Assembly: GCA_030141605.1 (NCBI GenBank)
Contig: JAQGDQ010000059.1
Location: 705,768-769,767 of the forward strand
Source: Tubiluchus corallicola
Lineage: Eukaryota > Animalia > Priapulida
DNA length: 64,000 bases
Direction of reading: 5' to 3'
Below the pieces are notes generated by a model that saw only the letters and a list, made by a program, of their open reading frames with translations, was not told where the DNA came from and searched no databases. Below, in pieces: positions 1 to 42,346 of the stretch. The first letter of the stretch is position 1; the number at the start of each line of letters is the position of its first letter. The position numbers and the translations under genes were made by a program.

Positions 1-1835
1 TTTAAAAAAAAAACTTAACATGACATTATTGGGCAATGAAAACTATATGAAGTAGAATGCCATTGTATTCCAGAAGTGTTCACACAGTGCAAACAAATCT
101 TAGCACAGGCTGTCAAAAAGACTCAATCTGCCACTAGATGGGGCCACTTTCCAGCATAACCATATCCTACTATTAATAGTATATAATAGCATTCCTATCC
201 AGGATAATATTTAATTCAATCTATCAGTAGTATATTAACAATCTGGACGTAGTGATGAGAATTGATACGAAAATTTTGATACAATTTCGATACACAAAAA
301 ACAATAAGCAGCTAAATACGACTTTGATTTTGATAGGTAATTTACAAAAAATTTCTAAACGATTTTGACAAACAACAGAGAGATTCGATATGATTTCAAT
401 AAGCATTTTACCAGGCAATTTTGATAGTCCATAACAGAAATTGTTTTGACACAAGTGAAATTTCCAAAACACAATCAGTGAACTACAATTTACCACAATT
501 GTCTTTGTGGTAAAAGTTAAACCAAATATGAAACTCAAATTCACTCAACTAGAACAACAGGCAGTAGCTTGCTAGACATATATTGGGATGTATACCACTT
601 TATTACAGGGATAGGTATACTTATTTAAAATTTTTAGTAAATTTATTTCAAAGTACGTTACTTAGCAAAGTGTGTAGATGTTTAGACAAACATTTACAAT
701 ATCTATACACTTTTACATTTGTCTGCATGTAATAAAAACTTATATACATATAGTTTTAATTTGGGAGAAGCCTGAATGACAAGTACAAAACCAAAATTCA
801 CCTTAAAAACAATTGAAAATTGGAAAAAATAAAATTTAGCTGCACATTTCATTTCTCCTTTACTCCTTTTACATGTATATAGCATACTAACACTTAAATC
901 ACTATATGAAATTTCATGTCAAAAGCAATTTTTTACCTTTTACATACGTGTTTTCAGCACAATTGTGCTATTCAAGAATTTGTAGCATCTTCCGCAAAGT
1001 TTGCACTTTGCAGTTTTATCCACTTTGTTGATTGAAAAATGATCAACACACTTCAACATCACAAAACTTGTGACAGCAAAAATTTAAGTAACATGGATAA
1101 AATAATCAAGGGCAGTCATGGCATGCAAAACATGTGATCACTCAATCACTGACGAGATTGTTGTGATATGTTGCTAGACTGCAGTATGCATATGTAGTTT
1201 GTAGATTTTCAATGTACACAGAGCAAACTGGAAAGGGTGATTTTTACATAATTAATACTTTGAAGCATACTTCAAGTTAATAACATCATAATATGAACTA
1301 TACTATCATTCTCTCGTGTTTATTATTGCTATGCTACAAAAATTTCCAAATGTACACATCAATTTCGACAACAATGCTCAGACTGTATCAATTTCCTATG
1401 GTCATAAACATTTTGTTTTATCGATGCAATAAGCAATATGAAAAATCAATTTTGTGTTGTATCACTTGAATTTTTTTTTGTGTTTTGGCAGTGCGCATAT
1501 AAATATTTTTATTGATTTCAGATTAACGATAGAACAGCAGTGATATTGATGCAAAAATCAATACAAAAAGCTGATCTTTTGTTCATAAAATGATAATCGA
1601 TTCCTATCACTATCTTGAAATAGATCTTCCTGAAATTCTTTCAGGATGTATAGCATAATAGTCTTACAATAAAATTCTATGTTCTAAACAACATATTCGC
1701 GAAATGGATTCCATAGCAAAGTAAACGATGTATCCAGGTAGTTCAGCAGAAAAAACTCAATAAGCAGTTAACCAATGCTTTGCATGCCAGAGTTGTTTCT
1801 GCTATAAAAAGATACAAGTGATAATACACATTTAC

Positions 1836-1987
1836 CAGAGCTCCCTTGTATTCAGGTTTCCCATCGATGACTCGCATATTCTGTATACGAGTCTTTGCAA
1901 TATCCACAGGCATAGAAGCAGCTGTAGTTACAAGACCGCTCAGCATACTAGCCGCAAAGTGACAGTTGATGTTATCACCGAAGTAAC
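1836..1987 (-). CDS. SLC25A11: SLC25A11 coding exon 8
   Basis: GYFGDNINCHFAASMLSGLVTTAASMPVDIAKTRIQNMRVIDGKPEYKGAL (inside ORF 1743..2012); carrier motif 3; donor GTAAAT. Confidence 0.95.
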
Positions 1988-4900
1988 CTATAAATAGATA
2001 AATTAAATACATTAAATAACTCTGTAATACTACTTCTATATGGGCTAGTATTGTCTACACATTTAAAGAAGTCTAATCTTGCCTATCTTGCCTAAAGAAA
2101 CTGCACTTGGGTTTATAACCAAACCTCGTTATAATGCCCCCCCCCCCTTTATAATGCCAACCTTGCTTAATGCCCACATTTTTGGCAAAACAAATGTCCA
2201 TGTTTGCACAGACATGTGTATTAATGCACCGCGTCATTATGTGAAGCTCATTTAATGCCAACTTTCTTTGCAGTCCAAAAGTAGGCGGTATAAAGCGGTT
2301 TGACTGTGTTCAAGAAAATCAAGAAACTATTAGAAAAAGAAACGGAAACCAAAAACAAACAAAGTTACCTCCATCCTAAATGTATGTTAACTGTTTACTA
2401 GTGGATATGGTAAGAATTTTATAAACCACTCAGGTAGAACTAAGGAATGCTAACAATTACTTCTATTCTTATCTTGTCAAGGTAGAGCCAGAAACATAGC
2501 AGCAGTCGTTACAAGCAGTGGTGTCAACTGATAAAGTGTACTAAGCAAAACTAAACATTTAGAAGAGAAATACAAGTTCAAGGCCTGATCACCACAAATA
2601 AAAACATTAAGAATAATCAAAATCAGTGCCAAATTTAATATACAAAATGCTTACTAATTTAAAAATAACTTAATTTCTTCAGTTATATAAGGAGCAAAAA
2701 TTATCTCCTTCATTTGATAATATGCCTAAAATCAAATCAAATCGGTCTGTTCAATGATGGGTGTTTAAGCACACTTAGAGTGCACAAGCACTGAGCATAC
2801 TCAACCAATTTTTTAAATTCTTATAAGAAAATTTTTTTGTAAATTTTGAATGTACGAAAGTATTTATGTAGCACTCTGTAAATATTACGCTTAAAAACAC
2901 TCTCTCCGGGGTAAGTTGTAATTCAGGTACCTCCAACTTCGATTTCGGGGCTTTTTGCCTGGTATAGAATACACAGCCATCTTCAGTTTGCCTTCCAGTT
3001 TCTTTGAGGCATTACACTAACTAGTGGTCATCATCTAATAGTCTGTTATTATTATTATTATTGACACTTAAAAAGCATCATAACATTAAATTAGCAGACA
3101 GAGCTCTGTTTATCCATATTATCAATAGATTTAAATAGCCTGGATGTTACCTGTTCCGAGTAAAAACTGCTTTGCTTGTGAATAAGAGGCCAACTGAGCT
3201 GCATTTACAACCATTGCTCTTGCTACAGTAGGACCACAACCCTGCATCACAAAAACTGTGAATTAATAAAATACGCAACTTAAAACATCCATAGATATTT
3301 TATTTTTACGTGAAGGGACTCACAATTATCTGGCGTGCACCACTTAATTATCTGTGCACTCAAGTTAATTCCTTAAACATCAGAAATAAAAAAGTTTCTC
3401 TTTTCATCAACTTACCCGCCATAATGTGAGCACTCCTTCTTCTTTAACTATTCTAAACAATGCATCAAAAACATTCCGATAACCTCGCTGTTGAGCTACT
3501 GGTAATCTGAAATGAATTAAAAAAAAGGTATGCACAATGCAAAACAAAACACAAAATAAATTTCAAGTGATTTTGCTACATGGCACGACAAAAATTTATT
3601 ACTGCATGTTTTTACATTTTTCATTTTAATTTTTAAACCCCAATTGAAAACAATAATACAATACAATAGTTTTCCTACCCTCGCTTTAACTTACGAAATG
3701 TAGTCATTTCGAACTGGTCAATAATTCAAAAATTTTTGTGGTGACAAAAGTTATTAGTGACACTGGCAAAACCAAATTTATATCACACTTTCACAATTTT
3801 TGGCTCTACTTGGATGAAAAATTAAATGTCTTTTTGTTTATAATGCCTGACATTGTAATTCAACTCCAAAAAAACCAATAAAGACAAGTACCATTACGGA
3901 TGAAGACACTGTCTGTTGCTGACCAAGTGTAACCAAACTGAGGAAAAAGTTATGCAGCAATAAATGCTAGAATCATTAAAAAAATTGTTAATAATGCACC
4001 TGAATGACAAAAAGAAAAAAGTCTACCTTCCATCCGCACACATCCTTATGAGAGAAATTTCTGCTGGCGTACCCACAAATGCGCCAATTCCTCCAGCTGT
4101 TAATCCAATGCTAGCCTTCACAAAGAAGTTTGGTGGCTGCCCTTCTTTTCTAAAAACAAATATTAACTAATTTAAAAAGAAATGTAACAAACAATAAATT
4201 AAAACAGTAAAACACATTTGAAAAAATTGTTAAAGATTGGCTTTTATGTTTTCAATCTTACGATAATTATAATTTTCCACAATTTATGGACAAGCACATG
4301 CAAAAATAAAAAAGTTTTTCAGTAATCCAAATTTGACTCGAATAAAACAAGCTCTGCAGGCCTACGGAATCTGAAGAGACTGCCCAAATTAACTATGATA
4401 GGGCATCTTCTTTAAATACTTGCAAACAACAAAATTACTGTGTTGTCGGCATAGCAACACAGATTCTTCTTCTAATCAAAAGTGTCTAACTGATAGCTTG
4501 CAGAAAATTGACTTACCCCGCAAATTTATCAAACAATATTGTGTATATGCCTAATCGAGTTGTAGTGTAACTAGCCTGTCGTAATAAGCCCGCAGACAAC
4601 CTATGTATAGAAAATGTATATTATCAGTTTAACAACTTTACATAATGAACAAACGTTCAACAACAGAACACTTTAATATTAAGTTGAGAGTACTTATTAG
4701 CCATTTTATTCTCTAGAAGTTGTCAAACACTTTTTCATTAGTAGCATAAAATCATCTTATTTGTTGCAAATAAGAAAAATACAAGCAGTTCAGTCATTGG
4801 GCTTTCAGGTCAAATGAAGGAATTACAAAAAAAACTGTACACAGCGTACACAAACAAAACATGTAAAGTGACAAGCACTAGATAAAACAGTTTTTTATAA

Positions 4901-7900
4901 CTTGTGAAGATATATATTAATCTGAAAAACTGCTGCAATACAGATTAAAAAGTACAGAATTAAGGTTAAATTTCACAATAAAATAATTCTGTGCTATTAT
5001 AAGTTGTTTTCAATATCATAAAAGTTGTGTAATATCTAAAAATGTTGCAATTACAATGATAATACAATAAAATTAAATTGAGAATCATTCTTAAACACAT
5101 GTACGAAATTAAAAAGCTTTGATCTGTCCATGCAGGTTCATTACTGGATTTAAAAATAATGAAAGATGCGGGGACCATAGCTAATTTTGCAGTTTTCTGT
5201 TTGAAATCTTTAAACTTCATGTGGTTCTGGTATCATGCTATAAGTTTATGGAAATTTTGTAACCTCTTCTTCGAAATGAACCCTCGACTCCCAATTGCGA
5301 AATATTGCACTTCAAAGCTGTTTTCTTCAATGTCTGTAACCAAGCTTGCATATTTATTCTCTTTAAACTGGTATGCATTTTCAATGTTCAAGTCTGACAA
5401 ATCGAATGTCAATAGTTTCTTCAGAAATTTGCTGAATATGCTTATATTAAGATGGATGTAGTTTGTGTACAATCAAGTGGCATAGAGCTAACTCTACTGT
5501 TGTTAAAACCATGTAAATCAACATAAACTATGAAGCCAATTGGCAAAGACATAGTTGTGGTGCCTAATATATCAATGAACACCGCTGTAAAATTGTTCAC
5601 ATATGATAACTTATAAATCAACACTACTTTGGGCTGCGCCTGAATACTTCCAAGTGATTTTTGATCTTGACTTTAATAACACTGCAATTCCTCTCTTCGT
5701 GAGTTTCACTTGTAAACATAAACTCAGTCATTCATAGTCAAGTGAACCAATCACCAACAGATGTTTGTTTTTTGGCCACAGAGAAAATTATGCCACATAA
5801 CACTTAATGTGTGCTCGCCAAAAACTGACAAATTTTAGTGACAAGCACTCAGTCACAAGTCAAAGGTTGTTAACCAGAAAATAATAGATTTGCAAACCAA
5901 ACTTAACTGATGGTACAAACTTCGAAGAACCAGACAATTAATGTGAGCTTCTTGCACAGAAAGAAAGCTCTAAAAACATTTCACAATCTTTGTATAAAAA
6001 TTCCTTTTTGGTACATAAAAAAATAAAGACTGCCATTGAAATTTAGGCAATACATGCTATATACAAAATGTTTAGAAACATACTCCTAATAACTGTACCA
6101 ATTAACAACTAGTTGTACTTTTCAAGTTACAAATGTGTGTAAAAATCTAGTGATGTACAGAACATTATAAATTTTCAAATCTTTGGTTAAATGACATAAT
6201 TTTAGTAAATAGAAAAATGCTATGCATTCTTTAAAACTAGTTGTCTTTTCTAAGCTGCATTTCAGGAAATGTGAATGTTTTAAAAATGGCTAGAAATTAT
6301 TCAGTGCCGACAATACACAGAACTAGCAATATGCTTAGCCATTATCAAAAAGGCATGTGAAGACACTATACAGACTGTTCAATGATAACAGCAAAAACAG
6401 ATTTCAAAAATTCTAAAAATAATTTATTTATTTTTTCTTTTGTTATTTAATGGCATGGTATGTACAACTTTGCTTCATTTGGAATTTAACGGCAAAACTT
6501 ATAAGTATGTAAAACACAGAATCACAAAAATAAGACATCTGGTACAAAAATATTTATACTACAAACTGGAAAAGTTTTAATAAAAAACGATCTGAGGCCT
6601 TATGCGTTGCTTACATAATCTCTGACATTTTCTAACAATTTTTTTTTCAAAAGTAACTAACTAGTCAACAGGAAAAGCCTGTCAACTCACTGCTATCTGA
6701 TCAGAGATATTTTGGGTAACGATCTTGAGTGACTTTTACATGGAAGTGACAGCTGGATCCAAGATATTCTACATTCTTCTGAAATTTCTTTTGCATACTA
6801 CAATATATGTCACACAGAAGCAAAAACATTTAACAGCGTGTTTTCAATAAAATGGCAACGATGTCTTCAGCAACAATAAGAAGAAACAGCCTACTTTATG
6901 GGGATAAGACACAACAGATGCAGCATGAAAATACCATATAGCTTGGTTATCTAAGTTAGTGCACAACTAAGTTGCTTAATAAAAGAAATAACAGCTTGAC
7001 AAAATCAACAAACATGCTGCTTTGAATTCAAGTACAATTTAGTGCCACCTAAAAACAAACTTCGACAAATTTAAATTACACTAAAATAATATGGAAAATA
7101 CCTACTACTATATAGAAATATAATTAAAAAAATGAATGTTGAAAAAGCAGAACCTCTTCAGCAAATTTAATAGCATCAGCATTGTGATGAGCATCATTTT
7201 AAAATACTGAAAGCAACCCAAAGTGAAATAGAGGAACTTAACAGCAATGGAAAAACAATGACAAATAGTGCAATGGCAAGGTAAGAGATGCTATCATGAA
7301 AGTACAGAAATGAAAGTGTTAACAAGCCCAGAGATACTTTTAATTTGCACAAAGACCTTACCCCGTATAGATGCCAATTACTCCTTCATTTCTGAGCACA
7401 GAAGCTATAGCATGAAAACTAGTTTTGTACTGCCGTGCCCCACCACCTTCTCCTAGGTTATTAAAAGCAAGATGAAAGCAGTTTTACTAACAAAATTGTT
7501 GTACAAATGTGGTTAAGCCAACATGTAAAATATTTTTAATAATAATAATAACTATTAAAAAAAAAGTATTGCTTTAATTAATAATTCTCATATTATTATA
7601 GTCATATTCGAATTATGACTACTCAAATGTCTAATTATTTTCTTAAGGCTCGAATTAGTCATATAAAAACACTAGAACCATTTTAAAACTAAAGATGTAT
7701 GCTTAATTGTTTACACTTCTACATACCACTCAACTGCATACGATTCTTGACAAGATCCAGTGGCTGAACAAAACATGTAGCAGCCATGCTGTAATAATAG
7801 AAAAAAATGGTGCCATTAATTAATACAATATATGCAAAAATGGGTATATTAAAATTTATTTCGTAAAATATTTGATAAGTTCAAGATTAGAAAGGTAATG

Positions 7901-9822
7901 TACAAGCCTGTAATGAATTTAACAGAGCTAGCAGTTAAGTGAATTATTTGGGAAATATATTGTATTAAATGTATTATTATAAAAGCATCTCTCTAATTTT
8001 AAATGTAATAATTTAACATAATCAAGTCGGAATCATGCAGCTATAATGTTGGGTCTCTTCAACAATGGCAGGAAGACCGCAGCCTGGCTCATTATCAAGG
8101 ATAACCATCTAAGTCTAAGATGAGCCATTAAGCCAGCAGAGGTATCTTAGGCTCATTCGCACACATGTGTACACTCCCTATTTCTACGAGGTAAACAACC
8201 ACAATGTGTATGGCAAATGAAACTGCCTAGAGAGGGCCATATTGAACCCAGGTGCTCAAGATTCGAAGCACATGCATGAGACAAATTGACTACACAATTA
8301 TAATTTAAACTGTAATGACATAATCATTTTATTTGTGAAATGTCTAAGCATTATCCACAAAACAAATAAATATGTGCTTCTAAAATACAAATAGTTAGCT
8401 AAACAATAAGTCATTCAGCAACAGTAAGTTTAATGATAAGCAACAATTACACAACAGGGTAATAAAAACAATTACACCAAAGTGGACAAAGTGTAATAAT
8501 TACCACCCAGTGATATAGCCTAGTATTTTCTAGCTTGCGTAGTGGGCTATTCTCTTTATAAGCTGACTTGTAGCAAGGATGTTCTGCATGGCTTTGCCTT
8601 AAGTTCTAAATTTCTTATAAAAACATAAGTTATAACATACACAATGCTCAATAATACTGCCGTGTAATTCCCACCATAATGTTCACCAGGAAATTACAAG
8701 GTTTGTCTAACAAGCATTATAGTGAGCTGTTCTACAATGTTTGTGTAATCTGACTATAATTAGAACACCATAATATTACACAATAATACACATTCACATT
8801 ACTGAACCTCTGGATTAATGGTACAAAGGAAGCAATGTAAGATTCCAAGCCCGAATTTATTTAAAGGCCTGCTGCAGACCACCGTTATGGTAAAATGAGA
8901 AGTCAACACGTTTAGAAATGCTCGCTAATACCAGCTGATTTTTATCTGACATTCGTATTAATAAAATTAAAGCACATATACGTAGTACTAGGAGTGAAAA
9001 GCTAAACTTTGCTGATATCAAGTTAGGCCTATATCATTTAAACAGGGTGACAAGATTGGTGCAGAGTTAGCGCAGGTATATATTTGCCACAACCCACAGC
9101 AACACGCAGTTCTCTATGTTTAGGTTGTACACTTCTCAGCCAGGAAAAGTCGTAAACGAACAGTCCAGTGCTATTACCAACAAGTCGAGAGGCTATTAGG
9201 CATAGTAATGTTACTACAATCTATACTATAGCCATATCAGCACATAAAGTCTACAGATATTAAAAACGTAATACTACTTGGTTGCAGTAGAGGTGCAACA
9301 TCTATGTGGTAAAGAATAAGACACGACAGAGCTACCAACTACAGAAGTGAATTTCCAAACTCTGATCGAGTCAGAAGATCCACAAATAGCAAAGCAGTTG
9401 TTGGAATTTGTTGAAATAGCAATGGAAACAACAAAAAGAAGAGGTGTCGTGCTAGATATTTAGCCAAAATAACAATAGTCATAAAAGTTTATAAAGTATT
9501 AAGGTTGATCATAAAGTATTAAGATTTATCACGTTACTTGTGTCTCGCACGGTGATAGTCATTTGTGCCTATCTAACCAGATAGAGTGGACACCGAGGAA
9601 ACAACGAAACAACTAACGAAATGTCAGTAAACCAAAATATAAACTTTAAAATGCTATGGTATAAAGTAGCTAATAATAACTAACACAGAACAGACTAAAC
9701 TGTAAAGTGTAGGCAGGGTTCTCAAAGTCTTACCCTGCTGTTCCACCAAATAAAAATTTGATGCTATTTGGAATCGGTGTTGGTTTCTTCTGTTCAGCAT
9801 CTTCTTTAATTTCTTGCGACAT
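1836..9822 (-). CDS. SLC25A11: Mitochondrial 2-oxoglutarate/malate carrier, spliced gene, 3'-partial: complement(join(1836..1987,3151..3241,3416..3506,4027..4149,4517..4600,7362..7452,7727..7788,9734..9822))
   Basis: Eight GT-AG exons join in frame to MSQEIKEDAEQKKPTPIPNSIKFLFGGTAGMAATCFVQPLDLVKNRMQLSG...GLSAGLLRQASYTTTRLG...GTPAEISLIRM...RAMVVNAAQLASYSQAKQ...SMPVDIAKTRIQNM...YKGAL. It has three mitochondrial-carrier signature motifs and OGC-typical segments. The last helix exon(s) and stop were not found in 1-1835. Confidence 0.95.
2120..2306. mobile_element. Degenerate pogo/Tigger-like (Tc1/mariner) MITE
   Basis: The left end CAAACCTCGTTATAATGCC and the right end GGCGGTATAAAGCGGTTTGACTG are imperfect inverted repeats of the CAGTCAAACC-type terminus. 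Confidence 0.5.
3151..3241 (-). CDS. SLC25A11: SLC25A11 coding exon 7
   Basis: GCGPTVARAMVVNAAQLASYSQAKQFLLGT. Confidence 0.93.
3416..3506 (-). CDS. SLC25A11: SLC25A11 coding exon 6
   Basis: LPVAQQRGYRNVFDALFRIVKEEGVLTLWR; tttcag acceptor, GTAAG donor. Confidence 0.93.
4027..4149 (-). CDS. SLC25A11: SLC25A11 coding exon 5
   Basis: KEGQPPNFFVKASIGLTAGGIGAFVGTPAEISLIRMCADGR; carrier motif 2. Confidence 0.93.
4517..4600 (-). CDS. SLC25A11: SLC25A11 coding exon 4
   Basis: LSAGLLRQASYTTTRLGIYTILFDKFA; donor GTAAGT. Confidence 0.93.
5100..5560 (-). mobile_element. Decayed 3' fragment of a restriction-like-endonuclease non-LTR retrotransposon (HERO/NeSL-like)
   Basis: Frameshifted pieces YVDLHGF..SMPLDCTQT / NIENAYQFKENKYASLVTDIEENSFEVQYFAIGSRGFISK / AKLAMVPASFIIFKSSNEPAW match the K..KY..L, (E)IGSRG and terminal S..I.....W pattern of RLE domains. 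Confidence 0.65.
7362..7452 (-). CDS. SLC25A11: SLC25A11 coding exon 3
   Basis: GEGGGARQYKTSFHAIASVLRNEGVIGIYTG; AG/GT boundaries, phases 1 and 2. Confidence 0.93.
7727..7788 (-). CDS. SLC25A11: SLC25A11 coding exon 2
   Basis: tacag|C...MAATCFVQPLDLVKNRMQLS G|gtatg; carrier motif 1. Confidence 0.93.
8040..8295 (-). mobile_element. Possible tRNA-derived SINE remnant
   Basis: The minus strand begins GTGTAGTCAATTTG...CCTGGGTTCAAT (A-box/B-box-like spacing), followed by a GC-richer body; there is no intact cloverleaf. Confidence 0.35.
9734..9822 (-). CDS. SLC25A11: SLC25A11 coding exon 1
   Basis: ATG at 9822; MSQEIKEDAEQKKPTPIPNSIKFLFGGTA+GG; donor GTAAG at 9733. Confidence 0.9.
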
Positions 9823-10254
9823 AGCGAAATGTTATATTAATATTTCCCAGCACGTCTACAATTAGAAACAGTTCCAAAGTTTGAACACTTGAACTTTTCT
9901 CGCGAACTTTGGAATTTGACTTTTTTATTAGTTGTGCACCACATGTTGGATCGTCAGTGCAACAGACGCACCGCACTTAATTTGGGATAGCAAAATTTAA
10001 TAGCTATGGTGAATATTGGTGACCCAACTGGGCGCGAAGAAAAAGTTTTTGCAGCCTACATCATTTATTTGTATACACTATAAAGCATGAGGTTTCAGAA
10101 CGGACAAGGGCCATATTTTATATTTTCTATGTTAGTAAAAAAAAAGTTTCGTAGCACATGTACAAGACTGTGGTTGTCAGGTCAGTGATTTTGAGAAGTA
10201 CATGCACGTAATATCTGCGACTACAGGTGAAACGAAGATTTCTGCTAATGATCA
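9823..10254. promoter_or_regulatory. Probable bidirectional promoter and 5' UTRs shared by SLC25A11 and TXNDC11
   Basis: Only 432 bp separate the divergent ATGs. The interval retains CpGs and has TCTCGCGA (9898-9905) and GGCGCGAA (10031-10038, E2F-like). A YY1-like AATGGCGGC overlaps the TXNDC11 ATG. Confidence 0.7.
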
Positions 10255-41545
<31,291 letters not shown>

Positions 41546-42340
41546 TAATGTATTATACCAAATGATATTTTCATGGAAATTATGCACGCAGTTGTCAAAA
41601 TCATGTATTTAAGTGCTAAAACAAGTAGTTCATTTTGCAATTTTGGGACAGTTACTGCTTAGCTCGAAATTATGGGTTGAAGAAAATGGAAATTGTGTAC
41701 TGTTTAACATAGTTAACTGTTCGTGCAGTAATTATGTCACTGTATTAATATAAAAATTGTCAAAGATGTTTTTATCTGGACCAAATTTCTTGAAACCGTA
41801 TGTCTTTCTGTACTTCCTTATTCTCTCATATTTGCATTTCAAGCGCTTGAATTTTGTTCATTTGATGGCAGTTAAGGTTGTAATTACAGTTATGACAAGA
41901 AGCCTTTAATCACAGTTCTTGAAAATTACTTTGCTTAAAATGCTTAAAAATACTTTGCCAGCTTCAGCACCCTAATTTTTAATTTCACTACTTTTGTACA
42001 TGTGCTTGAATGTTATTCTAACCAACCTTTTATGGTTAATTTTTGTGTAAGGAATTTTAATCAAGGTTTTCCAGTTTTTATAGAGCAAATTATCAATTTC
42101 ATGTTTGCCTCATTATATCTCAGTTAGTATATTAATCACGTTTCATGTTAAAGCAGCCTGGCCAAACTGTATGTATTTTACCTATAACATTATTTTGTTA
42201 AGATCCATGTTACTTGGTGCATGCAATTAATAGGAAATGAATAGATAGTATTCATGTTAACAGTATTTACAGTTACTACCATTATTTAATTTATTATTTA
42301 TCAGGGTTGTGTTTATTTGTCACCTAGACTGGTTGAACAT

Positions 42341-42346
42341 AATAAA
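42341..42346 (+). promoter_or_regulatory. Candidate polyadenylation signal for TXNDC11
   Basis: AATAAA ~800 nt after the stop codon, followed ~25 nt later by a T/GT-rich tract (ttattgttgtttatt). Confidence 0.45.

Noticed and set aside
3964-4170. Plus-strand ORF, and similar antisense ORFs at 7268..7456, 10127..10378, 13130..13324, 14627..14830, 41008..41223
   Set aside because: They are antisense shadows of real SLC25A11 or TXNDC11 exons
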